From contig CAZMHH010000001.1 in the NCBI GenBank assembly GCA_964566035.1, positions 21,130 through 85,129 of the forward strand: a stretch of 64,000 nt of DNA, given 5' to 3'. Origin of the DNA: an uncultured Thermodesulfobacteriota bacterium (GTDB lineage: Bacteria; Desulfobacterota; WTBG01; CAIYCZ01; CAIRTM01). The notes below the pieces were generated by a model. The model was not told where the DNA came from, ran no database searches, and worked only from the letters and a program-made list of their open reading frames with translations. Positions 29,113 through 38,262 of the stretch are shown here, piece after piece (the stretch's first letter is position 1; each line of letters opens with the position of its first letter). Both the position numbers and the translations under genes were made by a program.

Positions 29113-29982
29113 TTATGTGTTACATGCAGCCTGCAAAACCCGTTTTACAACAACACCGGATACGTGTTTGCGATATTCTGCTGTTGAACGGACATCATCT
29201 ATCGGTTTGACATTTTGGGGAATTATGTCCGCAATCTCAGTTAGAAGTTTATCGGTAATTGCTGTATTTGTCATCATATCTTCTGCTTTTTTGATACGAA
29301 TGGTGGTCGGCGCTACAGCACCCACGGCGATTCGGGCAGCGCTGCATTTTTTCCCGTTCATTTCAAGACAGACTGCAGCGTTGACTTTCGAAAGGTCAAA
29401 GGTCATCCGGGTAATCCGGCTGAATGCGGAGCACTGGTTTTTATCTGCTGGAGGCAGTTTCAATTCAACTGCAATCTCGTCCACGCTTCTATTAATTTTT
29501 CCATAGTCAATAAAAAAATCATCAATGGGAACCTCTCTTTTTCCTGATGTACTCTGCAACACAACGGTCGCGCCCAGCGCCAGCGCAGCGCAGCAACAAT
29601 CGCCTGAGGGAGAAGCCCTTAAAATATTGCCAAGAACAGTTGCCGAGTTTCTGATTTGAGGCGAACCGAGTGCTGATGCCGCCTGCCACAGGGCATTGTA
29701 GTGCTTCTTCACTTTGGCATCCTGCACCAACTGATACACAGAGGTCATCGCCCCGATGTTCAACCCTTCAGTATTTGAATAGTTTATGTAATCAAGACCC
29801 GGTATTTCACCCAGTGCAAGAACATATTTTGCCTTCAATCCCTTTTGAAACATGATCATAAGGTCTGTGCCACCGGCGAGAACTGCAGCCTTCTCACCAT
29901 ACTGCGAAGCCAAACCAACTGCTTCTTCAATGCTTTTCGGCTTAAGCAGCTCAAATTCCGGCAGAATTCGGCTATTACTCAT
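29113..29982 (-). CDS. FAD-binding medium subunit of molybdenum hydroxylase (CoxM/XdhB-type)
   Basis: FAD_binding_5 motifs (AGGTDL) and a CO-dehydrogenase flavoprotein C-terminal domain. Confidence 0.8.
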   Translation of the reverse strand: MSNSRILPEFELLKPKSIEEAVGLASQYGEKAAVLAGGTDLMIMFQKGLKAKYVLALGEIPGLDYINYSNTEGLNIGAMTSVYQLVQDAKVKKHYNALWQAASALGSPQIRNSATVLGNILRASPSGDCCCAALALGATVVLQSTSGKREVPIDDFFIDYGKINRSVDEIAVELKLPPADKNQCSAFSRITRMTFDLSKVNAAVCLEMNGKKCSAARIAVGAVAPTTIRIKKAEDMMTNTAITDKLLTEIADIIPQNVKPIDDVRSTAEYRKHVSGVVVKRVLQAACNT

Positions 29983-30899
29983 TTTGTTTCCTCCTTAATC
30001 GTTTTTGATTTGGGTATTTACATAGATTCCATTAGCGGCTTACCTGTTTTATTGCCCTACACTTTATGCAACAGTCATCACCCCCTTTCGAGCGTAAACA
30101 CAACCATCATTATCTCATTATCTTTATTCAAGCCGCATTTATAGTAGTGAATAAAAAATACCTATGTCAGTCTTATTTATTTTAAATAGGATTTCGGGTG
30201 ACGACAATAATGGTTCAGGACAGTTATCAACAAGGTGATTATGTCCCCTGACTTTGGCGTTCAATAGATACTCCTTGACTTATGCACATTCCATACGGAC
30301 ACACTGACACCAGTCAATTAAAGGGGGTTCAGATATGATGGACCTGTAAAAAGTCTAAAAAGCTCCCCCTCTCCCTGAAATGAACTGATAATTTCCGCTC
30401 CTGGCTGGATCAAGCTGTTAAGGAAATGCACAAAAACAGGCTAAAGCTGAAGATATGACGTAACTACTCAGCCCATAGACGATCAGTTTGCCCTGTCAAA
30501 GGTTTCTTCAAAGCAAAAGAGCATAATTTTTATCACCTCACCAAGCCCCGGGAAGAGCTATTAAGCAAAGGCAATAAAAACAGCTGTCGACTTCCAGCAA
30601 AGGGGTTTTTTATGTTTAAGGCGTAAGCCTTTTATCGGTTTTGCTGACATCTGGCTGCTGATAGCTGACAGCTCCTTTTTATTCGGTGCGCACGGCGCAC
30701 TATCCCTTACCGCTTCCCTCTTACTTAAATCTTAAAACCTAAAACTTTATTATTACCCTTACCCCTCCTGTTTTTATTAATCCTTCATCCTTTGTTTCCC
30801 CCGCCTGCCCCATGAAACCTTCATTGATTCTGTTTCATTGGGGTTACCCTCTTTTGCTTTTGTTTAACAGGGGCCTGCCCTGTTAAATCTGTTTTGATT

Positions 30900-32165
30900 T
30901 TATTTAAACAGGCGAACTGACCCGGACATACGTCTTTTGGGTTCCGGCTCGTCCGGTTCAGCTCTATTGTAATATTGCCCAATATCATAGTTCATCTGGG
31001 CAAAGGGAGTGGGATAGTGTTCAGCAATTTTTCTTTTTTTGTAATAGACACACCACGTACCATTAAGCAGCCTGCGCACTTCCACGCGCGCCATCGCATA
31101 TGAAATGCGGTCAACTCCCGGTGAAATTTTAATTCCCACACCGTTTATAGTAACGGTATTATTGCAATCAACCGTTCTCTCATAATAACGGCTGCAAATT
31201 CGACATAGATCAACATGTTCAGGAACTTCCCGCCATGCCTGTCTCCTGCTCTGCGGTGCAAAGGAACATCTGTAATTGTAGTCATAGAGAAACTGTCTAT
31301 CAAGAAACAGATTGCCCTCCCTTATGTTTTGAATTGCATGTTTTGCTATCTCATCTGCAAGCAGGCTTTCAAGTCTAAAAAGAAGATTTACAGCATTTCT
31401 TCTTGGAATATGCTCATGTTTGATGCCAAGTTCTTCAAGCGCCCGTTCAACAGGGTTTGTTTCAGGGAACCCCTGGAGTTCTTCCTTTATGGTCATGTTT
31501 TTTTTTCTTACTTTTACTGCATTTCGGCTATGCTGACAAAGAGATTGCGGAATTCCGCATCTAATAAGCATTTTTTTTAAAAGCCATAAATAACCGTCTG
31601 TAGTTTCTGTTGCAAAGAAATTAGCACACAAACATCTTAATGTGGTCATATCCACAGCAGCCATAAAACAACACTCAGGATGTGGATCAGGAAACCATTT
31701 TTGGGTCAGCCCTCCCCAGAGTACCATACCCCCTTCCTTTCCGGACAGGCTGTAAGATTTGGTGCGTCTAACTCTTTTCTGCACATGCTTGGGGCCGGGA
31801 TTTTCAGAAGCTAATATTTTTCTGACCGTTTCCCGACTGACTTCAATTTGATGATTTTGAAGAAGTTTTTCAGAAATCTGTGTATAGTTCAGTCCACGAT
31901 AAAGGGATTGAGAAAGAGATATGATGAATTTTCTCATATCATCATCAATCGCAAGAGCAGGTTTTTTGCCTTTATTGCCATGTTGCAGCCCTGACAGCCC
32001 TTTTTCCTTAACTGTTTTTTTAAGTCGTTTTGCCTGCCTGTAACTGATGCCTATACATTCGGCTGCCTCGCGCAATGTAATGCAACCATTAAGCACTTTT
32101 TCGATATAGTAAAATCTATTCTGCTGTTTTTTATCCGGTTTTATTTTTTCCATGATAATATTCAA
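30900..32165 (-). CDS. IS-like HTH plus integrase-core (DDE-type, ISNCY/IS481-like) transposase homolog. The second catalytic Asp is apparently replaced.
   Basis: N-terminal HTH (ITLREAAECIGISYRQAKRL), and central D…E residues aligned with the paralog at 33617. Terminal inverted repeats were not found. Confidence 0.4.
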   Translation of the reverse strand: MNIIMEKIKPDKKQQNRFYYIEKVLNGCITLREAAECIGISYRQAKRLKKTVKEKGLSGLQHGNKGKKPALAIDDDMRKFIISLSQSLYRGLNYTQISEKLLQNHQIEVSRETVRKILASENPGPKHVQKRVRRTKSYSLSGKEGGMVLWGGLTQKWFPDPHPECCFMAAVDMTTLRCLCANFFATETTDGYLWLLKKMLIRCGIPQSLCQHSRNAVKVRKKNMTIKEELQGFPETNPVERALEELGIKHEHIPRRNAVNLLFRLESLLADEIAKHAIQNIREGNLFLDRQFLYDYNYRCSFAPQSRRQAWREVPEHVDLCRICSRYYERTVDCNNTVTINGVGIKISPGVDRISYAMARVEVRRLLNGTWCVYYKKRKIAEHYPTPFAQMNYDIGQYYNRAEPDEPEPKRRMSGSVRLFK

Positions 32166-32348
32166 AATTATAGCCGATCAAATTATATTATAATTTAGCT
32201 TGATAAAATTGATTTGTAAATACCTTTATATCTTTGATAATTGCAATCTGAATATGTCCCAAGTGAAAACAAAAAGATAAATATATGACATTTTCCTTAT
32301 GCATAAATGTGTCATTATCATTTGGTAGTAAATTTATCCATGAAGGGT

Positions 32349-32376
32349 TTGACAAATGAAAAAGGTATGGTACAAT
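32349..32376 (+). promoter_or_regulatory. Sigma70 promoter (TTGACA-N16-TACAAT) driving the copy-E leader
   Basis: The sequence is TTGACAaatgaaaaaggtatggTACAAT, about 25 nt upstream of the conserved 5' CUCCAAGCC of the element. Confidence 0.5.
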
Positions 32377-32403
32377 TTAAAATAAATATTAAATATACTT
32401 ATC

Positions 32404-32560
32404 TCCAAGCCGTTGTTTTCTAAGGTCACAGAGACTATGATGCGCGGCCGAAAGGGTTTTGTTCGAAAGGACACTGCCTCCCGTGGCTGGAAAGGAGAAT
32501 AGGCACAGGAATTATAAAAGACCTGTCCCCGGTTCTGCCGCGGACAGGTCTTTTTTTTGG
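32404..32560 (+). promoter_or_regulatory. Candidate riboswitch, copy E (aptamer 32404-32505, 10-bp terminator 32519-32551 plus U8) in the leader of the MoCF_biosynth-domain gene
   Basis: The plus strand reads CUCCAAGCCG…GCGCGGCCGAAAGGGUUUUGUUCGAAAGGACACUGCCUCCCGUGGCUGGAAAGGAG. Then comes AGACCUGUCC…GGACAGGUCU followed by U8 and RBS GAAAGGGAAAAU-ATG. Confidence 0.55.
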
Positions 32561-32573
32561 TGAAAGGGAAAAT

Positions 32574-33605
32574 ATGATAACCGTACCGGTCAGAGATGCC
32601 GTAGGTATGACGCTTGGACATGATATCACACGTATTATTCCTGGTGATTTTAAGGGAGTAGCATTTAAAAAGGGGCATATTATCTCCTCTGAAGACATTG
32701 ATGAGCTTCTAAAAATCGGCAAGGAGAATATTTTCGTGCTGGAGCTCGGCAATGGAATTATTCATGAAAATGACGCAGCGCTTAGAATTGCAAAAGCAGC
32801 CTGCGGTCAGGGAATTGTTTTTTCCCAGCCCGCCGAAGGAAAGGTGGAATTTCATGCCGACTGTTTCGGTCTGCTTAAAATCAATACACATGCCCTTCTT
32901 GAAATCAACCTGCATGAAGGCATTATATTCTCCACCATACATTCAGACCATATTTCAGAAAAATCTCAAAAGCTCGGCGGGACCCGGATTATTCCGCTGG
33001 TTATTGAAGAACAAAAAATTGTAGAGATAGAAACCATCTGTAGCAGATGTTATCCTCTTATTCAAATTAAACCCTTAAAAAAACATAAAGTAGGGATAGT
33101 AACCACAGGTAGTGAGATATACCACAAGCGGATTGAGGATAAATTCGGTGCGGTTTTAACAAGGAAGTTTGAGGCACTTGGCATGGATATTCTCAAGCAG
33201 GTTATTGTTGATGATGATACGGCAATGATTTCACATGCCATAACAGGACTCATACGGGATGGAGCCGATTTTATTGCCACCACAGGCGGAATGTCTGTTG
33301 ACCCGGATGATGTTACCCCGTCCGGAATTAAAGCAGCAGGCGGTAAAATTATATCCTACGGAGCACCCGTTCTGCCCGGGGCAATGTTTCTTCTTGCATT
33401 GATTAATAATGTTCCGGTGGTCGGATTGCCGGGCTGTGTAATGTATGTCAACACGAGCATATTCGAGCTTGTTGTGCCAAGAATTCTTGCAGGAGAGAGC
33501 GTTTCACGGAAAGAGATCGCCATGCTTGGACATGGCGGGTTCTGCTACAGTTGCCATGAGTGCCGGTACCCGCAATGCAGTTTCGGCAAAGGTGCTAATT
33601 ATTAA
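32574..33605 (+). CDS. Molybdopterin-binding (MoCF_biosynth / MogA-MoeA-like) domain protein with C-terminal Cys cluster
   Basis: A GGMSVDPDDVTP motif typical of the MoCF biosynthesis domain, and a C-terminal CYSCHECRYPQC. Confidence 0.55.
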   Translation: MITVPVRDAVGMTLGHDITRIIPGDFKGVAFKKGHIISSEDIDELLKIGKENIFVLELGNGIIHENDAALRIAKAACGQGIVFSQPAEGKVEFHADCFGLLKINTHALLEINLHEGIIFSTIHSDHISEKSQKLGGTRIIPLVIEEQKIVEIETICSRCYPLIQIKPLKKHKVGIVTTGSEIYHKRIEDKFGAVLTRKFEALGMDILKQVIVDDDTAMISHAITGLIRDGADFIATTGGMSVDPDDVTPSGIKAAGGKIISYGAPVLPGAMFLLALINNVPVVGLPGCVMYVNTSIFELVVPRILAGESVSRKEIAMLGHGGFCYSCHECRYPQCSFGKGANY

Positions 33606-33616
33606 AAGAGACTATA

Positions 33617-34831
33617 ATGATGAACTCCAGGCTATTGGAAAAATGGCAGATAATAAAGCAGGTTATTGAGGGAAGTAAAACCCTTAAACATGCTAGCCGT
33701 GAGCTTGCGGTCAGTTACCGGCAGGCAATCCGTATTAAAGATTCAGTCACTAAACACGGGATTCGCGGACTTATTCACGGCAATACCGGCAGAAAACCTG
33801 TAAACACCCTTAATCCTGAGGTTCAGGCGCTTATACTGAGGCTCTCAAAGGATAGCTATGCCGGATTATGCGACACACTTTTTTCCGAGCATCTGTTTAA
33901 ACAGCATAACATCTCCGTAAGCAGGGAAACAGTTCGTAAAATAAGAAGAGCCGCCGGTATAAAACCAGTACAGATCAAACGCTCTTCCAGAACAAAAGAA
34001 TTGATTGCCAAACCCAAAGAAGGCAGAAGAATAATGTGGTATGCATTAAATAACAGATGGTTTGGCGATCAGTTCTATCCCTGCTGCCTCCTTGCGGCAA
34101 TTGATGAAGCAACCTACCGATGCATCGCAGCCCGTTTTTTTCCATACGAAGAAATATCCTGCTATCTTCTGCTCTTAAAAGAGATTATTAGCAATTGGGG
34201 TATTCCCCACAGTATCATTCAGGAGAGCAATGATATTCTAAAACGTTCTTCAAACGACTGGAGCATTGAAGAGGAGCTACAGGGATATCAGACCCCTACA
34301 CAGGTGGAACGTGCTTTGCATGAACTGAATATTGAAATCATTTATACAACAAATAAACGACAGAAAAGCAAACTGACACAACTTTTCAGTCAGTTCCATA
34401 ATGAGATTACCTCTGAAATACTCAAAAAAAATGTTTCAGATATCAGAGAGGTAAATATTTTTTTAAATAATTTCATGTCTGAATTTAACAAAAATTATGC
34501 TGTTCAGGAAACACGGGTTATAAAGGTTTGGAAGAGCCCCCCTTCTGCAAAGGAAGTGGATAGAATATGCAGTTACTATTATGAAACTAATGTCAAACCC
34601 AACAATACGGTTGTGATCGGTCGGGTCAAAATCAAACTGCCTGCCAAGTGGGAAAGTCTTGCATATTCCGGGGTAAAGATTGAGGTACGGCAACTGCTTG
34701 ATGGGACATGGAAAGTCTATTACCAAAAACAGCCCATAGCCGAGCTTACCGAAAGCTCCAAAATTGAAATAAAAAAAACAAAAGTTAACAGCCTTCAACC
34801 TGACATCCGGATACATGAAGCAAGGGTTTAA
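33617..34831 (+). CDS. IS-like HTH plus integrase-core (DDE: AAIDEAT / ESNDIL / QVERAL) transposase homolog, paralog of 30900..32165
   Basis: About 30% identity to the other copy across the full length. It starts only 11 nt after the MoCF gene stop. Confidence 0.4.
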   Translation: MMNSRLLEKWQIIKQVIEGSKTLKHASRELAVSYRQAIRIKDSVTKHGIRGLIHGNTGRKPVNTLNPEVQALILRLSKDSYAGLCDTLFSEHLFKQHNISVSRETVRKIRRAAGIKPVQIKRSSRTKELIAKPKEGRRIMWYALNNRWFGDQFYPCCLLAAIDEATYRCIAARFFPYEEISCYLLLLKEIISNWGIPHSIIQESNDILKRSSNDWSIEEELQGYQTPTQVERALHELNIEIIYTTNKRQKSKLTQLFSQFHNEITSEILKKNVSDIREVNIFLNNFMSEFNKNYAVQETRVIKVWKSPPSAKEVDRICSYYYETNVKPNNTVVIGRVKIKLPAKWESLAYSGVKIEVRQLLDGTWKVYYQKQPIAELTESSKIEIKKTKVNSLQPDIRIHEARV

Positions 34832-35247
34832 ATGGTAATGGCATTGGGTTTAGAAAAAGAAAAGAAGCAGGACTAATAGCTGATAAGCGCTTGCGCGGAG
34901 TTTAGCAAATTATTTTTGAAATCATTTTGCTATAAATCCTCAACTCTGCGCAGCGCCAGGCTATTTATAGACAGAGACAGGTTTTAATATTAAATAAAAG
35001 GAGTGGGACATGATTAGCGATGACTACCTGCCCATCCGTTATCCCTTTTTAGGTCCCCTCCTCTCCTTTTTTATCTGCATTGTCTATAAAACAGGATTAT
35101 TCAATAAAACGAATACATATTCTTCAAAAAGGAGGTTACGGACTACATAAATTATGGAATTACTCTGAATCCAGTTTGATTATTTACAGAACAATTCCGC
35201 ATTTATCAAGATTCTTCAGACAGGGTACAAAAGTAAGCAAGTCAAAA

Positions 35248-36009
35248 CTATTTTCTGTCTTTTAAAAAAGGAAATTCCTTCCTTGTCCTGATGACCTCGT
35301 CTGGGTCTATTTCCGCTGTTAAAAGCTCTTCTCTCTTGTCCCCTGTACAGAGACATTTTCCCATTGGATCATAAACAATTGAATGTCCGTGATAGCCAAT
35401 AGCAATATCAGCACCTGCCCTGTTGACACCTGCAACATAAATCTGATTTTCAATAGCCCGTGCTCTTAGAAGGGTTTCCCAGTGATGTATCCGTTCATCA
35501 GGCCAGTTTGCAATCACAAACACAACACATGCTTTGTCTGCAACATCTCTGAAGACCTCAGGGAACCTGAGATCATAGCAGATAAAAAGACTTGAGGGAA
35601 CATCATCCAGTTCAAATGCTACTGTTTTTTTACCTGCACCATAGCACTTATCCTCTTTTGCATAGCTGAAAGAATGGATCTTTGAGTATGTTGTTAACAG
35701 ATTGCCTTCACGGTCATAAACTGCTGCTATATTTTCAGGCTTCTTTTTTCTCTGTTTCTTTACCGCATATCCTGCAATAATGTTTATTGAATAGTCAGAT
35801 GCAGCTTTGGAACAGAATCTGTGTGTTTCACCGTCTTCATCCTCAGCAACCATTGAGACATTCATTGAAAACCCAGTATTAAACATCTCAGGAAACACAA
35901 CAACATCACACCTTGCACCCGCAGCATCTTTTATAAATGCTTCAGCCTTATTAAGATTTGCCTGTTTGTTTTCCCATTGCACATCCATCTGGGCCAGAGC
36001 TATCTTCAT
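35248..36009 (-). CDS. Carbon-nitrogen hydrolase family protein (nitrilase/amidase superfamily)
   Basis: KIALAQMD…VVVFPE catalytic Glu motif and a conserved Cys region. Confidence 0.75.
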   Translation of the reverse strand: MKIALAQMDVQWENKQANLNKAEAFIKDAAGARCDVVVFPEMFNTGFSMNVSMVAEDEDGETHRFCSKAASDYSINIIAGYAVKKQRKKKPENIAAVYDREGNLLTTYSKIHSFSYAKEDKCYGAGKKTVAFELDDVPSSLFICYDLRFPEVFRDVADKACVVFVIANWPDERIHHWETLLRARAIENQIYVAGVNRAGADIAIGYHGHSIVYDPMGKCLCTGDKREELLTAEIDPDEVIRTRKEFPFLKDRK

Positions 36010-36956
36010 TTTGACTCCTTTTTAAAATTATCCTTAAAAAACCGGGCAACTTTTGCATAATATAAATCCTGTGCAAACATGAGCGTTCCTCCATGAAGAG
36101 CACCATCAACAACCCACAGATCTCTGGGTTCGCATGAAGCTTCGAAAAGAGTATAGGCATGCTTTATGCTTATCATTTCATCATTATCACCTGCAATCAA
36201 AAAAACCGCCCGTGGCGATATATCTGCAATATATCTTTCAGGGTTTACCTGATCCATAAATTTCCCGAACATCAACCGATAAACGATGTTTCCAATTTCA
36301 ATGAACGGATATGGAGGCACATAATAGGCTTTTTTCATTATTTCCGCTGAGATAGTTTTTAGATTTGAAAATGGGCTGTCTGCCACAACTGCAATAACTC
36401 TCTTATCCTTCGCCGAATGAAGAAGGGCAACTGTTCCGCCAAGAGAAAAACCATAAATGCCAATTTTTGAAGTATCCACCTCTGTTCTGTTGTCAAGCAG
36501 GTCAACAGCGGCTCTGACATCCCGCTGTTCATTCAAACCAAGAGAGCAACTTCTGCCTGAACTTTCTCCGTGTGCCCTGAAATCAAACAACAAAACATTA
36601 AAACCACTCTTTACAAGATATGAAGACAGCTCAACAAAATCAGACTTTGACGCCCCAAGACCATGACATATTATTATTGCAGGAGCCCTATTATGAGATT
36701 CTGACGGCAGAAACCAACCCTTTAATTTTACATTATCATCTGCTGTAAACTCAACTTCTTCGAAAGAGAGATTATAATCATAAGGACCGGCTGTTTTTGG
36801 ATATTTTGGCGGATGGGTATTAAGATAAAGGAGTCCGAAAGTGAAAAGCACTACAAAAACCCCTGCAAGTATAATTATTTTTCCCATTATCCAGAACATA
36901 AAAAACCTCAAAACAGCTGTTAAGCTGATGGCTATTGAGCTGTTATGAAAAAACAA
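36006..36956 (-). CDS. Alpha/beta hydrolase (membrane-anchored; GFSLGG nucleophile elbow)
   Basis: HGLGASKS…GFSLGG…Asp/His. N-terminal TM segment. Confidence 0.7.
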   Translation of the reverse strand: MFFHNSSIAISLTAVLRFFMFWIMGKIIILAGVFVVLFTFGLLYLNTHPPKYPKTAGPYDYNLSFEEVEFTADDNVKLKGWFLPSESHNRAPAIIICHGLGASKSDFVELSSYLVKSGFNVLLFDFRAHGESSGRSCSLGLNEQRDVRAAVDLLDNRTEVDTSKIGIYGFSLGGTVALLHSAKDKRVIAVVADSPFSNLKTISAEIMKKAYYVPPYPFIEIGNIVYRLMFGKFMDQVNPERYIADISPRAVFLIAGDNDEMISIKHAYTLFEASCEPRDLWVVDGALHGGTLMFAQDLYYAKVARFFKDNFKKESK

Positions 36957-37077
36957 AAATGTTAAAATATGCTAAATACGTTTTCATAGCTTATAACCCA
37001 TATCATTTCATCTGCGAAACGCTTTTTGACGACAACCGGCTTTAAGGTTTTGTTTATCAGCCAGGTTTCTATTCAGT

Positions 37078-38076
37078 TCACACCGACCATCTCGACTTTG
37101 CATTCATTGAAAAAGGAAATTCGCAGCATTTGCTTATATGACGGCTTCCTGCAAAAGCTATCATTGCAGCATTATCTGTACATAGTGCAGGCAATGGAAT
37201 AAAAACCTCAATATTTTCCAGTTCAGCTCTTTGCCGGAGCCTTTGTCTGAGCATGGAGTTTGATGCAACCCCGCCTGCTACCGCAACAGATTTAACCTTA
37301 AAATATTTAGCAGCTCTTAAAGTCTTTTCAACAAGTATATCAATAACCGCTGTCTGAAAACTTGCAGCAAGATTGTTTTCTTCAGAATCCGTTAATTTGG
37401 TTTTATTTAACTTTTTTACATAGTATAACACAGCGGTTTTAAGTCCGCTGAAACTGAAATCAAATGAATCTGAGTTAAGCATTGGGCGCGGCAGATCTAC
37501 AGCTTTGGAATCTCCTTTTAATGCAAGTTTTTCCACAACAACACCGCCAGGATAGCCAAGCCCGAGAAGTTTTGCGACCTTATCAAAAGCCTCACCCGCT
37601 GCATCATCCCTTGTTCTGCCGACAAGCTGATATGACTTTTCATCTATAAAATATAGATTTGTATGTCCTCCCGAAACAATAAGGCTTACACATGGCAAAC
37701 CCACCCTGTTTTCAATAAACGGAGAGAGAATATGACCCTCAAGGTGATTAATTCCAGCAACCGGAAGTTTCCGGCTGTAGGCAAAAGCTTTTGCAAAATT
37801 TATCCCCACAAGCAGAGAACCCACAAGACCGGGACCCATCGTAACAGCAACTCCGCTGATGTCGTCAAAACCAATTCCTGCTCTCTCAAAAGCCTCCTTT
37901 ACAACGGGAACTATATTCTGCATATGTTTTCGGGATGCAATCTCAGGAACAACACCACCGTATTTTTTGTGATATTCAACCTGAGAAGAAATCACATTTG
38001 AAAGTATCACTTTACCGTCTTTTAAAAGTGCCGCTGATGTGTCATCGCATGATGTCTCAATTCCAAGTAATATCAT
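37078..38076 (-). CDS. tsaD: tRNA N6-adenosine threonylcarbamoyltransferase TsaD
   Basis: N-terminal ILGIETSCDDTS and the HxxGH metal-site motifs of Kae1/TsaD. Confidence 0.9.
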   Translation of the reverse strand: MILLGIETSCDDTSAALLKDGKVILSNVISSQVEYHKKYGGVVPEIASRKHMQNIVPVVKEAFERAGIGFDDISGVAVTMGPGLVGSLLVGINFAKAFAYSRKLPVAGINHLEGHILSPFIENRVGLPCVSLIVSGGHTNLYFIDEKSYQLVGRTRDDAAGEAFDKVAKLLGLGYPGGVVVEKLALKGDSKAVDLPRPMLNSDSFDFSFSGLKTAVLYYVKKLNKTKLTDSEENNLAASFQTAVIDILVEKTLRAAKYFKVKSVAVAGGVASNSMLRQRLRQRAELENIEVFIPLPALCTDNAAMIAFAGSRHISKCCEFPFSMNAKSRWSV

Positions 38077-38262
38077 GGTAGTTAAATATTTCCTGTTGTT
38101 ATTTTATCAGGTTTATAGTAAAAATAATTGTTAAGCTTTTGTCTGGCAAACAGTTACCTTAAGTAAAAAAATTGGTCTTCTGTATTAAACAGTTAAATAG
38201 TTTATAAAAAAAGTACTCCCTGTAAACCAATATTAAATCCGCATGGAAAGGTTGAAGACCCA

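Noticed and set aside
30080-30105. A single 'ccctttcgag' in the xdh upstream spacer, considered as a sixth riboswitch copy
   Set aside because: Only one of the two GAAA-hairpin motifs is present, and none of the flanking conserved blocks (CUCC…AAGC, CCUCCCGUGG, UGGAWAGG) or a terminator is present.
35080-35265. A 61-aa ORF between the IS-like gene and the CN-hydrolase gene
   Set aside because: It overlaps the 3' end of the convergent hydrolase gene and has no RBS or motif.
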